A DNA stretch of 64,000 nucleotides, taken from Candidatus Sericytochromatia bacterium. GTDB taxonomy: Bacteria > Cyanobacteriota > Sericytochromatia > S15B-MN24 > JAQBPE01. Numbering within the stretch: the first letter of the stretch is position 1; the number at the start of each line of letters is the position of its first letter. Location of the stretch: the NCBI GenBank assembly GCA_035285125.1, contig JAYKHR010000045.1:1-64000 (forward strand), given 5' to 3'. Positions 18,911 through 27,880 of this stretch are shown here, one piece after another. A program made the position numbers and the translations under genes. The notes under the pieces were generated by a model. It worked only from the letters and a program-made list of their open reading frames with translations. It was not told the DNA's origin and ran no database searches.

Positions 18911-21016
18911 TCAGCGGGGCGAGCCATCTCCGGTGACCCCGGAGATCGGCAGGCGAATGGTGAAGGTGGAGCCAGCACCCACCTGGCTCGACACCTCGAT
19001 GCGTCCCCGGTGCCGATCGACGACGGAGTATGCGGTGGTGAGCCCTAGGCCGGTGCCCTCGCCGATGGGGCGGGTGGTGAAAAACGGATCGAAAATCTTG
19101 GACAAGTGCTCAGGCGGGATGCCCGCACCGGTGTCCGTCACGCGCAGGACGATTTCTTCCCCCTCCTTCGCCAGCCTGACTCTGACGGTGCCGGGCGCGG
19201 AGAGGGCCTGGCAGGCGTTTGTGAGAACAGCCAGGAAGGCCTGGTTCAGCTGCTTGCCGAAGGCATTGAGCTGGGGAACGGCCTGGATGTCAAGCTCGAA
19301 GGTGACGCGCTCGCCGAACCGCCCTTGCACGACGGAGATCGTACTCTCGACGCCCTCCTTGAGGTCCGTCTCCTTGAGCTCGGCCTCGTCGTGGCCGGAG
19401 AAGGTCTTGAGGTCCGCCACGATCTTCTGGCAGCGGACCGTCCCCTTCAAGACGCTGTCGATGGTCTTGGTGATGTCGTCCTGGAGGTAGTCGAAGTCGA
19501 TGTCCTGCTTGCGCTCGGCGATCTCGGGGTCGCTGGGCAGCTTGCGGCCATACATCTCGATGAGGCCGAACAGGTCCTGCGCATAGTTGCGGAACACCTT
19601 GGTGTTTCCGTGGATGAAGTTCAGCGGATTGTTGAGCTCGTGGGCCACGCCAGCCACCATCTGGCCGAGCGAGGACATTTTCTCGGCCTGCACCAGCTGC
19701 CCCTGGGTCTTCTTGAGCTCGGCGAGGGTCGACTCGAGCTCAGCCGTCCGCAGCTGGACCTTCTCTTCGAGGCCCGTATTGAGCTCACGGATGGTCTGGT
19801 AGGCCCGCGCGTTGGCGAGCGCAAGGCTGACCTGGCCCGCGAGCCCCTCCAGGACCGAGAGGTCAGAGGGACCGAAGGTGCGGGCCACGCTCTGGGAGCT
19901 GACGTACAGCACACCCAGGACGTCCTTCCCGGCCCGCAGCGGCACGCACATGATTGACCGCAGCCGCAGGTTCATGATGCTGTGCTTGTTGGCAAAGCGC
20001 TCGTCTTCCTGCGTGTCGATGAGCGCGATGGGCTTGCAGTTGTCGAGCACCTGCTGGATGACGCTCTGGCTGACCTGCAGCTCTGGCACGGGGACTCCCT
20101 GCCGGTCCATCGTGGCGAGGCGCTCCATGCCCCAGAACACCGCCCCCTGCTCGGCCTCCGAGACGTCGAGGGCCTGCCGGAGGACCATGTCGAGGATCGC
20201 ACCGAGGTCGAGGGTGGCCGAGACGGCGCGAGCCAGATCGTTCAGCCGCTCGAGGTGGTGCTTGTCTTCCTCGATCCGGCGGATCCGAACGTCCGCGACC
20301 ACCGCCGCCCGCCAGTGGGGCCAGATGTCGAGGGCCTGGTGCGGGCGCACGGACACCTCCGGCCCCTCCAGCCACAGGCAAGCACGGACCTGGTCGCCGG
20401 AGACCAGGGGCAAGGCGACGCCGAGACGCCCGTCCGCCCGCTGCTCGTTGGGCTCGCGGGCGTGGCGCGCACGCTCGATGGCGTGGCGGGCAATGTCCGT
20501 CACGTCGGTGGCGTCACCGCCCATGACCACCAGGGGCCCCTCTCGCCCGTCCTCGGTGAAGGGCTGGAAGCACACCCGCTCGGCCCCGGCGTAAGCCCGC
20601 GTCCAAGCGAGCATCGCCTGGATGCGCTCGCCTTGGAGCAGGTCGCCGAGCGCAAGGGCCGCGGCCCAGTCCTCGTCCGGCCCCCCCCCCGCTGCCGGGG
20701 CAGCAAGCTGCTCGCCGGGCTGCTCGTGCAGTTCGAGCGTCATGAAGAGGAAGCCCTGCTCCGTCAGGCCCAGGTCATAGACCTCCCACCCGCCCTGATC
20801 GACGATGCTGGGCGTCCGCCTGAACTCGGTTTTGAAGCGATGCAGCCGCGGTGGGGCGATGGGATGGTCGCCGTCGAGGATCTTCAACCACACGGGACGC
20901 TGCCGAAGGTGGTCGACCGCCCGGTAGGTGTTTCCCATCCCCCCCTCGGCGATCGTCTCGACCAGCTCGAAGCGGTTGTTAATCAGCTGCTGTGGGGTGG
21001 TTGAGTTGCCGAACAC
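18911..21016 (-). CDS. Sensor histidine kinase: Ser/Thr-kinase N-lobe fragment, GAF-like, GAF, HisKA, HATPase
   Basis: RFELVETIAEGGMGNTYRA...VWLK; GAF (SIMCVPL...GVLYV); H-box AHELNNP; N, G1 DTGAGI, F DPFFTT and G2 GTGLGL boxes. GTG start after GAAGGA. Confidence 0.88.
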   Translation of the reverse strand: MFGNSTTPQQLINNRFELVETIAEGGMGNTYRAVDHLRQRPVWLKILDGDHPIAPPRLHRFKTEFRRTPSIVDQGGWEVYDLGLTEQGFLFMTLELHEQPGEQLAAPAAGGGPDEDWAAALALGDLLQGERIQAMLAWTRAYAGAERVCFQPFTEDGREGPLVVMGGDATDVTDIARHAIERARHAREPNEQRADGRLGVALPLVSGDQVRACLWLEGPEVSVRPHQALDIWPHWRAAVVADVRIRRIEEDKHHLERLNDLARAVSATLDLGAILDMVLRQALDVSEAEQGAVFWGMERLATMDRQGVPVPELQVSQSVIQQVLDNCKPIALIDTQEDERFANKHSIMNLRLRSIMCVPLRAGKDVLGVLYVSSQSVARTFGPSDLSVLEGLAGQVSLALANARAYQTIRELNTGLEEKVQLRTAELESTLAELKKTQGQLVQAEKMSSLGQMVAGVAHELNNPLNFIHGNTKVFRNYAQDLFGLIEMYGRKLPSDPEIAERKQDIDFDYLQDDITKTIDSVLKGTVRCQKIVADLKTFSGHDEAELKETDLKEGVESTISVVQGRFGERVTFELDIQAVPQLNAFGKQLNQAFLAVLTNACQALSAPGTVRVRLAKEGEEIVLRVTDTGAGIPPEHLSKIFDPFFTTRPIGEGTGLGLTTAYSVVDRHRGRIEVSSQVGAGSTFTIRLPISGVTGDGSPR

Positions 21017-21143
21017 AGCCAGTCCTTCGTAACCCCGGGGCACTCGCGGGGCCGCTCGAGAGGCCGCGCTCAACTGCAATTTCGATCTGCCCGATGCCTG
21101 ATCATACCCGATTGCCGGCTGCGGTGCACCCGCAGCCGGACAC

Positions 21144-21995
21144 CTAGAGTTCGTACGGTGAAATGGGGTCGTCTGCCAGAGCCGGGTCGCACTCCAGTGG
21201 CAACACGACGCGGAAGGTAGTCCCCTGGCCGGGGGTCGAGTCGACCTCCAGCTTGCCCCCGTGCTTCTCCACGATGCGCTTGCTGATGGGCAGTCCGAGG
21301 CCCGTGCCCTGGTCGGCTCCCTTGGTGGAGAAGTAAGGCTCGAAGATGCGCGGCAGGACCTCTGGCGCGATGCCAGCCCCCGTGTCGCAGACCTCCACGA
21401 CCACGCCAGCCTCGCGCCGAGCGCCTCGCAACACCAGCGAGCCCTTGTCTTCGATCGCCTGGCAACCGTTCACGATAAGGTTCATGAAGACCTGCTGCAG
21501 GTGCCCACTGACGCCCACGATGGGCACGAGGTGGTCGAGCTCCAGCGCAAACTCAACGCGCCCCCTGTAGGACGTCTGGAGGAGACGGACGGTGGAGGTG
21601 ATGAGCCGCCGAAGGTCGACCGGCCCGACCTCGTAGTGGTTGGTGATGGAGAACCGGCGAAGCTCGTCGACCAGCGCCCGGGCGCGGCTGGCCCCCTCCC
21701 GGCAGCTCATCATCACGCGCGGCAGATCCTGCTGGAGGTAGCTGTGGTCGATCTCCTCGAGGTAGGTTTCTATCTCCTCCGTGCTAGCACCAGACCTGTA
21801 AAGGCCATTGAGATGAACCATCTGGCCTACATACTCCTCCAACACCTGGAGGTTGGCGCCGACCAGGGTCAGCGGGTTGTTCAGCTCGTGGATCACCCCT
21901 GCAACCAGCTGCCCGAGGCTCTGGAGTCGCTCGGTCTGGGCAAGGCGCTGGGCCTTGTCCGGAGCAGAAGACGTGTTCATGGCGTCAATCCCCAT
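21144..21995 (-). CDS. Sensor-less histidine kinase (HisKA + HATPase)
   Basis: IHELNNP, QVFMNLIVNG, DTGAGI, EPYFSTK, GTGLGL; fewer than 30 residues precede the DHp region. Confidence 0.9.
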   Translation of the reverse strand: MGIDAMNTSSAPDKAQRLAQTERLQSLGQLVAGVIHELNNPLTLVGANLQVLEEYVGQMVHLNGLYRSGASTEEIETYLEEIDHSYLQQDLPRVMMSCREGASRARALVDELRRFSITNHYEVGPVDLRRLITSTVRLLQTSYRGRVEFALELDHLVPIVGVSGHLQQVFMNLIVNGCQAIEDKGSLVLRGARREAGVVVEVCDTGAGIAPEVLPRIFEPYFSTKGADQGTGLGLPISKRIVEKHGGKLEVDSTPGQGTTFRVVLPLECDPALADDPISPYEL

Positions 21996-21998
21996 CGG

Positions 21999-22988
21999 TC
22001 AACCCACGCTACGGAACGGCCGGCCAGCGCTCGCCTCGGCCAGCAAGCTGACATAGGCAGAGCCGGGTGGCTCTGTGAGAAGCACCTCAGCCTCGAACCG
22101 ACCGGAAGGCACCGCGCGCGTTGCCGTGACCTTCCCCTGGAACGTGATGCCCACATCGACCCCAACCGCAGGGCTCAGCACCGTCGTCTGGATGGGCGTG
22201 TTGAAGCGGGGTTCCTCATCGAGCCCGGCCAGCAACACGCCTTGGCCATGAAGCTGGGAGACCATCGCGGACTTCACGACGGACCCCGGCACGAGGTAGC
22301 GTCCCTGGTAGTTCACCGGGATGCGCAGCACGTCCGGCGGGTCTGAGGTGCCCGGATCGCCCGCCGGAAAGACCGCCAGGCCAGCCTCGTTCTCCTCGTC
22401 GAGCAGCACCCGTTGAAACACGCGGGCGCCGCGGTCGAGGTCGAAGCTGATGGTCCCCATGCTGCCCACGGGCGCGAGGCCGAACAGCCTGCCGATGGTG
22501 CCGTCACGCAGCCGCTGGGGCTCCTTGTCGAGGTACAGCGTGCCGTACTGGTCGATGAAGCGGAGGCGCGCCACGATCCGCGTGACGCCGAAGCTGGCCT
22601 CGATCGGTTGGCTCACGGACGGCGCTGGCCGCACCACGCCTGCCAGGTTCTTGAGCAGCACGTTGACGTCGATCGGCTTGAACATGATGGCGTCCGCCAC
22701 GGCCCGGAAGGTGTTCACCACGTGAGGGGCCGTGGTGTCCCGCGTCACGAGGATCACGGGGATGCGCCGGAACTGCGGGTTGCGCTTCAGCAGCAACAGC
22801 GTCTCGAGCCCGCTGGGCTCGGGCGTCTCCGCGTCCAGGATGATCGCCACGGGCCTCGTGGTGTGGACGAGTTGCAGCACCTTTTGACCGGACTCGGCGG
22901 GCACCACCTCGTAGCCCTCGTTCTGGAGGACGGCCGAGATGGACCGGCGGAACAGGTCGGACTTGTCGCCCAGGATCAGCTGAGGCAT
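21999..22988 (-). CDS. Response regulator: REC plus a beta-rich, PilZ-like C-terminal region
   Basis: REC with IILD (phospho-Asp), IPVILVT, FKP; C-terminal LRIPVN...SQLHGQGV...FQGKV resembles a degenerate PilZ. Confidence 0.75.
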   Translation of the reverse strand: MPQLILGDKSDLFRRSISAVLQNEGYEVVPAESGQKVLQLVHTTRPVAIILDAETPEPSGLETLLLLKRNPQFRRIPVILVTRDTTAPHVVNTFRAVADAIMFKPIDVNVLLKNLAGVVRPAPSVSQPIEASFGVTRIVARLRFIDQYGTLYLDKEPQRLRDGTIGRLFGLAPVGSMGTISFDLDRGARVFQRVLLDEENEAGLAVFPAGDPGTSDPPDVLRIPVNYQGRYLVPGSVVKSAMVSQLHGQGVLLAGLDEEPRFNTPIQTTVLSPAVGVDVGITFQGKVTATRAVPSGRFEAEVLLTEPPGSAYVSLLAEASAGRPFRSVG

Positions 22989-23968
22989 GAGGCGAGGTCC
23001 GGGTTGGCCGCGAGCAGCGCGGCAAACTGGTCCACGAGCTCCGGATCGAGCCGCGTGCCCTTCATCGCGGCGAGGGATGCCAGCGCGCCCTCGGTGGAGC
23101 TGCCCCCGACCCCAGAGGTTGCTTCCTCGAAGGCGATGGCAACATGGAGGATTCGAGCAAGTTGCGGAATGGAGGCCCCACTCATGCCGCGCGGGCCGGA
23201 GCCGTCGTACCGCTCGGCGAGCAGGCCGCAGATCGGGGTGGCCTTCACGAAGAAGGGCAGGGGCAGCAGCAGCTCCTCGGTGGCCCCTTCGGCCGCCGCG
23301 AGGGCCTCTCGGCCATCGGCGTCGAGGGCGTCCTCAGGGGTGTTGAGCACCGCGTCCGGCAGGACCAGGGTCCCGAGCTGGTACAGGTGGGCCGCGGCCT
23401 CCAGTTGCGTCATCTCTTCACCGAACAGCCGCAGCTCGCGCGCCAGGGCGCTGGCGTAATCCTTGACCCGGGCGGCGCGGCCGCGGCGGGCAGGCACCCG
23501 GCGCTCGAGGCTCCCGACGATGTTGGAAAAGGCCGAGAGCACCATGGCCTCGTCGTTGCGGTACTCTGCGAGCATGCGCCGGTTGTCCAGCGTGAGCTGG
23601 TAGGACTCAAGAGAGCGCCGCACCACGAGCTTGAGCTCGTCAGGGTCCCAGGGCTTGGCGATGTACTGGTAGATGTGCCCGGCGTTGATGGCCTGGATGA
23701 TGTCCTTGACGTCCGAGTACGCTGTGAGGAGGATGCGAACCTGGTCGGGATTGCGAAGGTAGGCGGACCCGAGCAGCTCTGCCCCCGTCATGTTGGGCAT
23801 CCGCTGGTCGGAGATGATCATATCGACATCCATGCCCTCGAGGAACTCGAGCGCCTCAGCGCCGCTGTTCGCGGAGAACACGTTGTATTCGCGCCGCAGC
23901 ACGCGCTCGAGCAGGAGGAGGTTGTCGGGCTCGTCATCGACCACCAAAATGGAATATTTCTTTGACAC
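22976..23968 (-). CDS. Response regulator: REC plus degenerate HD-GYP domain (RpfG-like)
   Basis: Intact REC (VVDDE, ISDQRMP, LLTAY, AKPW); HD-GYP scaffold ERYDGSG...IPQLARIL...GTRLDPELV lacking the HD residues. Confidence 0.85.
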   Translation of the reverse strand: MSKKYSILVVDDEPDNLLLLERVLRREYNVFSANSGAEALEFLEGMDVDMIISDQRMPNMTGAELLGSAYLRNPDQVRILLTAYSDVKDIIQAINAGHIYQYIAKPWDPDELKLVVRRSLESYQLTLDNRRMLAEYRNDEAMVLSAFSNIVGSLERRVPARRGRAARVKDYASALARELRLFGEEMTQLEAAAHLYQLGTLVLPDAVLNTPEDALDADGREALAAAEGATEELLLPLPFFVKATPICGLLAERYDGSGPRGMSGASIPQLARILHVAIAFEEATSGVGGSSTEGALASLAAMKGTRLDPELVDQFAALLAANPDLASCLS

Positions 23969-24038
23969 GAAAGCTCCTCGCTAAGTCGGCTCAGATGTCC
24001 CAACCGGCCTCACTCCGGCGTCTCGGGTCGCGCCCGAC

Positions 24039-24067
24039 AGGATAGGGGGTCGTCCCGGGGGCGTCAA
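24039..24067 (-). promoter_or_regulatory. sigma70 promoter for the response regulator/kinase cluster
   Basis: TTGACG, 17 nt, TATCCT on the - strand about 70 nt upstream of the GTG at 23968. Confidence 0.65.
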
Positions 24068-24211
24068 GCCGCTCGGCGCGCTCGTGCAGGGCACTTTCGG
24101 ACCTTCCGAACATCCTGGCGGCCCCTCGTGGGATGGCGTATCATGCGTCGTCCCGACGAGGCCGTACCCCGTATACCCAACTACCGCCCACCCATGGTGC
24201 GAGGAGTCCAG

Positions 24212-25036
24212 ATGAATCCAACGACTGCGACCGCCAACCCGATCCGGGAGGCCTTCGAGGACCGCGACAAGCTGCGCAACCCGGAGGTGCGGGAAGCCGT
24301 CGAGGCGACGATCGCGGCCCTCGACCGCGGAGAGGTGCGCGTGGCGGAGAAGCGCGACGGGGCCTGGGAGGTCAACGAGTGGGTGAAGCAGGCGATCCTG
24401 CTGTACTTCGCCATGCGCCCCCTCGAGGCCTTGGAGGCTGGCGACCTCTCGTTTTTCGACAAGGTGCCGCCCAAGCGCGACCTCGCCGCAGCGGGCATCC
24501 GCGTGGTGCCGCCGGGCGTCGCCCGCTACGGCTCCTTCCTCGAGCCAGGCTGCGTGCTGATGCCAGGCTACGTGAACATCGGCGCCTGGGTGGGGGCGGG
24601 GACCATGGTCGACACCTGGGCCACGGTCGGCAGCTGCGCCCAGATCGGGCGCAACGTGCACCTGTCTGGCGGCGTGGGGATCGGCGGGGTGCTCGAGCCC
24701 CCCGCGGCACGTCCTGTGATCATCGAGGATGGGGCCTTCATCGGCTCCCGCTGTGTGGTCGTCGAGGGCGTGCTCGTCGAGGAGGAGGCGGTGCTCGGCG
24801 CCGGGGTCGTGCTGACTAGCTCCACCCCGATCGTGGACGTGACGGGGGCCGAACCGCACATCACCAAGGGTCGGGTGCCGGCGCGCGCCGTGGTGATCCC
24901 CGGCACCATGCCCAAGGCCTTCCCGGCGGGCACGTACCAGGTTCCATGTGCCCTGCTGATCGGACACCGCCAGGCCAGCACCGACAGGAAGACGAGCCTC
25001 AACGACGTGCTGCGCACCTTCGACGTGCCGGTCTGA
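24212..25036 (+). CDS. dapD: Tetrahydrodipicolinate N-succinyltransferase
   Basis: LDRGEVRVAE..WEVNEWVKQAILLYF, FFDKVP, VNIGAWV..GTMVDTWATVGSCAQIG, HLSGGVGIGGVLEP. Confidence 0.95.
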   Translation: MNPTTATANPIREAFEDRDKLRNPEVREAVEATIAALDRGEVRVAEKRDGAWEVNEWVKQAILLYFAMRPLEALEAGDLSFFDKVPPKRDLAAAGIRVVPPGVARYGSFLEPGCVLMPGYVNIGAWVGAGTMVDTWATVGSCAQIGRNVHLSGGVGIGGVLEPPAARPVIIEDGAFIGSRCVVVEGVLVEEEAVLGAGVVLTSSTPIVDVTGAEPHITKGRVPARAVVIPGTMPKAFPAGTYQVPCALLIGHRQASTDRKTSLNDVLRTFDVPV

Positions 25037-25045
25037 GGCGTCGCC

Positions 25046-26134
25046 ATGCGCGTCTCCGAGGCAGACCTCGCGGCCTACACCCTACACTACTGCAGCATCC
25101 CCTCCGTCACCGGCGACGAGGGCGCCCTGCGTGAAGCGCTCCGAAGCCAGCTCGAGGCCGCCGACGCCGGGTTGCACGTCAGGCCTGTGGCGGGCGGGTT
25201 GGTGGTGCGGGGCCCGGCGCAACCAGGCCGCCCCACCATCGGGCTGTTCGGCCACCTCGACACCGTGCGCCCCGCGACCGATCAGCCACTGGAGCAGCGC
25301 GACGGACGCGTTTACGGCTGCGGCGCCAGCGACATGAAGGGAGGCCTGGCCGTGATGTCGGCCCTCCTGCTCGAGAGCCGCGACCTCGCGCAGTGCAACA
25401 TTGTTGGGGTTTTCTACGACAAGGAGGAGGGGCCCGCCAGCGAGAACGGGCTGGAGCCTATGTTCGCCACGGGAGAGCTTCCGACGCTGGACTTCGGCGT
25501 CTGCCTCGAGCCCACGGACAACCGCATCCAGATGGGGTGCGTCGGGGGCCTGCACGCGCTGGTGACCTTCCGGGGGCGTCGCGCGCACAGCGCCCGCCCC
25601 TGGCAGGGCGACAACGCGATCTACAAGGCCGCCGGGCTGCTCAGCAGGCTGAAGGCCCGCGCCCCCGTGACCGTGCGCCTCGGAGAGCTCGAGTTCCAAG
25701 AGGTCATGAACGCCACCACGGCGGCCACGAGCAACTCTCGGAACGTGGTTCCGGACGCCTTCACGCTCAACGTCAACGTGCGCTTCGCGCCGGGGCGCCT
25801 GGCCGAGGAGGCGCTGGCGGACCTCCGCGCCGTGGTGGGCGACGAGGCCGACCTCGAGGTGGTGGACGAGGCGCCGGCAGGGGCCGTGTGCCTGGGGCAT
25901 CCCTGGGTGGAGGCCTGGCGCGCGGCCACGACGTTGGCCGTGGAGCCCAAGCAAGCCTGGACCGACGTCGCGCGGCTCACGGCCCGTGGCATCCCGGCCG
26001 TGAACTTCGGTCCCGGAGAGACGGCGCAGGCCCACCAGGCGCGCGAGTCAGTCGCCATCGCGGACCTCGGGACCAACGCCAAGGCCCTCCGTCAGCTGTT
26101 CGAGGCCGTGAAAGGGCCCAGGTTGCCGGAATAG
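25046..26134 (+). CDS. dapE: Succinyl-diaminopimelate desuccinylase (M20 family)
   Basis: GHLDTV, GASDMKGG, DKEEG, LEPT, HSARPWQG, WTDVAR, NFGPG...AH; follows dapD. Confidence 0.9.
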   Translation: MRVSEADLAAYTLHYCSIPSVTGDEGALREALRSQLEAADAGLHVRPVAGGLVVRGPAQPGRPTIGLFGHLDTVRPATDQPLEQRDGRVYGCGASDMKGGLAVMSALLLESRDLAQCNIVGVFYDKEEGPASENGLEPMFATGELPTLDFGVCLEPTDNRIQMGCVGGLHALVTFRGRRAHSARPWQGDNAIYKAAGLLSRLKARAPVTVRLGELEFQEVMNATTAATSNSRNVVPDAFTLNVNVRFAPGRLAEEALADLRAVVGDEADLEVVDEAPAGAVCLGHPWVEAWRAATTLAVEPKQAWTDVARLTARGIPAVNFGPGETAQAHQARESVAIADLGTNAKALRQLFEAVKGPRLPE

Positions 26135-26233
26135 CCGCTTTCTGGCATCATGCCGAAGGAGCTGAGCCTCCGAAAACCACAGCCTTGCCCGCGCCACCGG
26201 CGCAGCCGCGATACGCCCCAGGAGCCCTCCGAC

Positions 26234-26473
26234 ATGGCCGACAAGACCACCAAGTACGCCGACAACGCGCCCGGCAAGTACTACGTCGACGAGACCTGCA
26301 TCTTCTGCAACCTCTGCGAGTCCCTCGCCCCGGACAACTTCAAGGCCGTTGACGACGGCACGCACGACGTCTGCTACAGGCAGCCGAACACGCCTGATGA
26401 GGACGCCGCCTGTCAGGAGGCCCTGGCTGGCTGTCCGGTGAACGCCATCGGGGATGACGGCGACATCGGCTGA
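26234..26473 (+). CDS. Monocluster ferredoxin
   Basis: CIFCNLC...CPVNAI; AGGAG RBS. Confidence 0.9.
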   Translation: MADKTTKYADNAPGKYYVDETCIFCNLCESLAPDNFKAVDDGTHDVCYRQPNTPDEDAACQEALAGCPVNAIGDDGDIG

Positions 26474-26503
26474 CGGCCGACCCAGGGCCGCGAGGCGCGC
26501 CAC

Positions 26504-27652
26504 GTGAACCCGGGACTGCAGGCCATCCCGGGCTCGATGATTCGGGCCATCGCCGCGCTGAAGCAGCCAGGTGACATTGACCTGGGGCTCGGTGAGCCGA
26601 CGCTCCCCGTCGACCGGGCGCCTTTCCAGGCGGCCGTCGAGTGGGTCTCTCGCCACGGCTGCCCCTACACGCCCAACGCCGGCGACCCAGAACTTCGCTC
26701 GCTCATCGCCAGCCGCTGCGGCCAGCCAGGCCTCGGCAGCCCCGAGCACGTGTGCGTGACGCTCGGGTCTCAGGAGGCGCTGTACCTCGCCATCAAGACG
26801 CTGTGCGACCCCGCGCGGGACGAGGTGCTGGTCGTGGCCCCGTGCTACCCCGCCTACGAGAAGTTGTGCGCCCTCGAGGGCGTGGCCGTCAGGCGCGTGA
26901 GCCTCTCCCCGCAGACGCACTTCGCCCCGGACGCGGCCCGCGTCCTGGCCGCAGTGGGCCCGGCAACGCGGCTCATCGTCCTGGCCTCGCCGGCGAACCC
27001 GACGGGCAGGGTGTGGCCGGACGAGGCCCTGCAAGCCCTGGCGGACGGACTGCTCGCCCTCGGCGAGGCACGGCCCTGGGTGGTGGTGGACGAGGTCTAC
27101 CGTGCGCTGTGCTACGTGCAGCCGCCCGTGCCGCTCGCCGCCCGGTATGATCGGACGGTCGTCGTCAACAGCCTGTCGAAGAGCCATGCCCTCACGGGCC
27201 TGAGGCTGGGGTGGCTCCTGGCCCCGACCGAGGTCGTGCAGACTGCCGTGAAGGCACACCAGTTCGTGGTCACGGCGGCCAGCACCTTCTCCCAGCGAGT
27301 GGCGCACGCCATCCTCTCGTCGCCTGTGGCGCTGGATGCGCAGCGTCCCCACTACGAAGCCGTCCGAGCCCACGTGGTGGCCGAGGCCACCCGGCTCGGG
27401 CTCGCGCACGTGCCGCCCGAGGGCGCGTTTTACATGATGCTCGCGCTGCCTCCCCACCTGCAGGCGGACTCCCGGGCGGCCTGCATCCAGCTGCTCGAAG
27501 CCCAGCGCGTCGTCACGGTCCCGGGGGTGGCCTTCGGCGCAGAGGGCTGGCTGCGCCTCTCCTGGGTGGCCCCGCGGGAGGCCATCGACCTTGGCTTGGA
27601 ACGGATCGCCGCGTTCTTCTCCCGTCAACAGACACCACTGCCACCTGCGTGA
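26504..27652 (+). CDS. PLP-dependent class I/II aminotransferase (candidate DapC by context)
   Basis: LGLGEP, SPANPTG, DEVY, NSLSKSHALTGLRLGW, GAFY, PGVAF. Confidence 0.85.
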   Translation: MNPGLQAIPGSMIRAIAALKQPGDIDLGLGEPTLPVDRAPFQAAVEWVSRHGCPYTPNAGDPELRSLIASRCGQPGLGSPEHVCVTLGSQEALYLAIKTLCDPARDEVLVVAPCYPAYEKLCALEGVAVRRVSLSPQTHFAPDAARVLAAVGPATRLIVLASPANPTGRVWPDEALQALADGLLALGEARPWVVVDEVYRALCYVQPPVPLAARYDRTVVVNSLSKSHALTGLRLGWLLAPTEVVQTAVKAHQFVVTAASTFSQRVAHAILSSPVALDAQRPHYEAVRAHVVAEATRLGLAHVPPEGAFYMMLALPPHLQADSRAACIQLLEAQRVVTVPGVAFGAEGWLRLSWVAPREAIDLGLERIAAFFSRQQTPLPPA

Positions 27653-27880
27653 CACCGGTGGCAGGTCCTGGCCCCAGCGGCCGATCACCAGGGCCACGGG
27701 CAACGCCCCCGCCGCTCCCCAGACGCAGCGACGGGCGCGCCCTCCGGCGGCCCAAGCCCAGTCATCACTTCACGCCAATCCCGCGTGGTGCAACACCCTA
27801 CGGGTTAAACCTCGCCATCGCGCGGGTGGTGTGGTAGGATGCTGCCGCCCCGCTGGAGGGCGCCCACGGAGGAGAAATCG

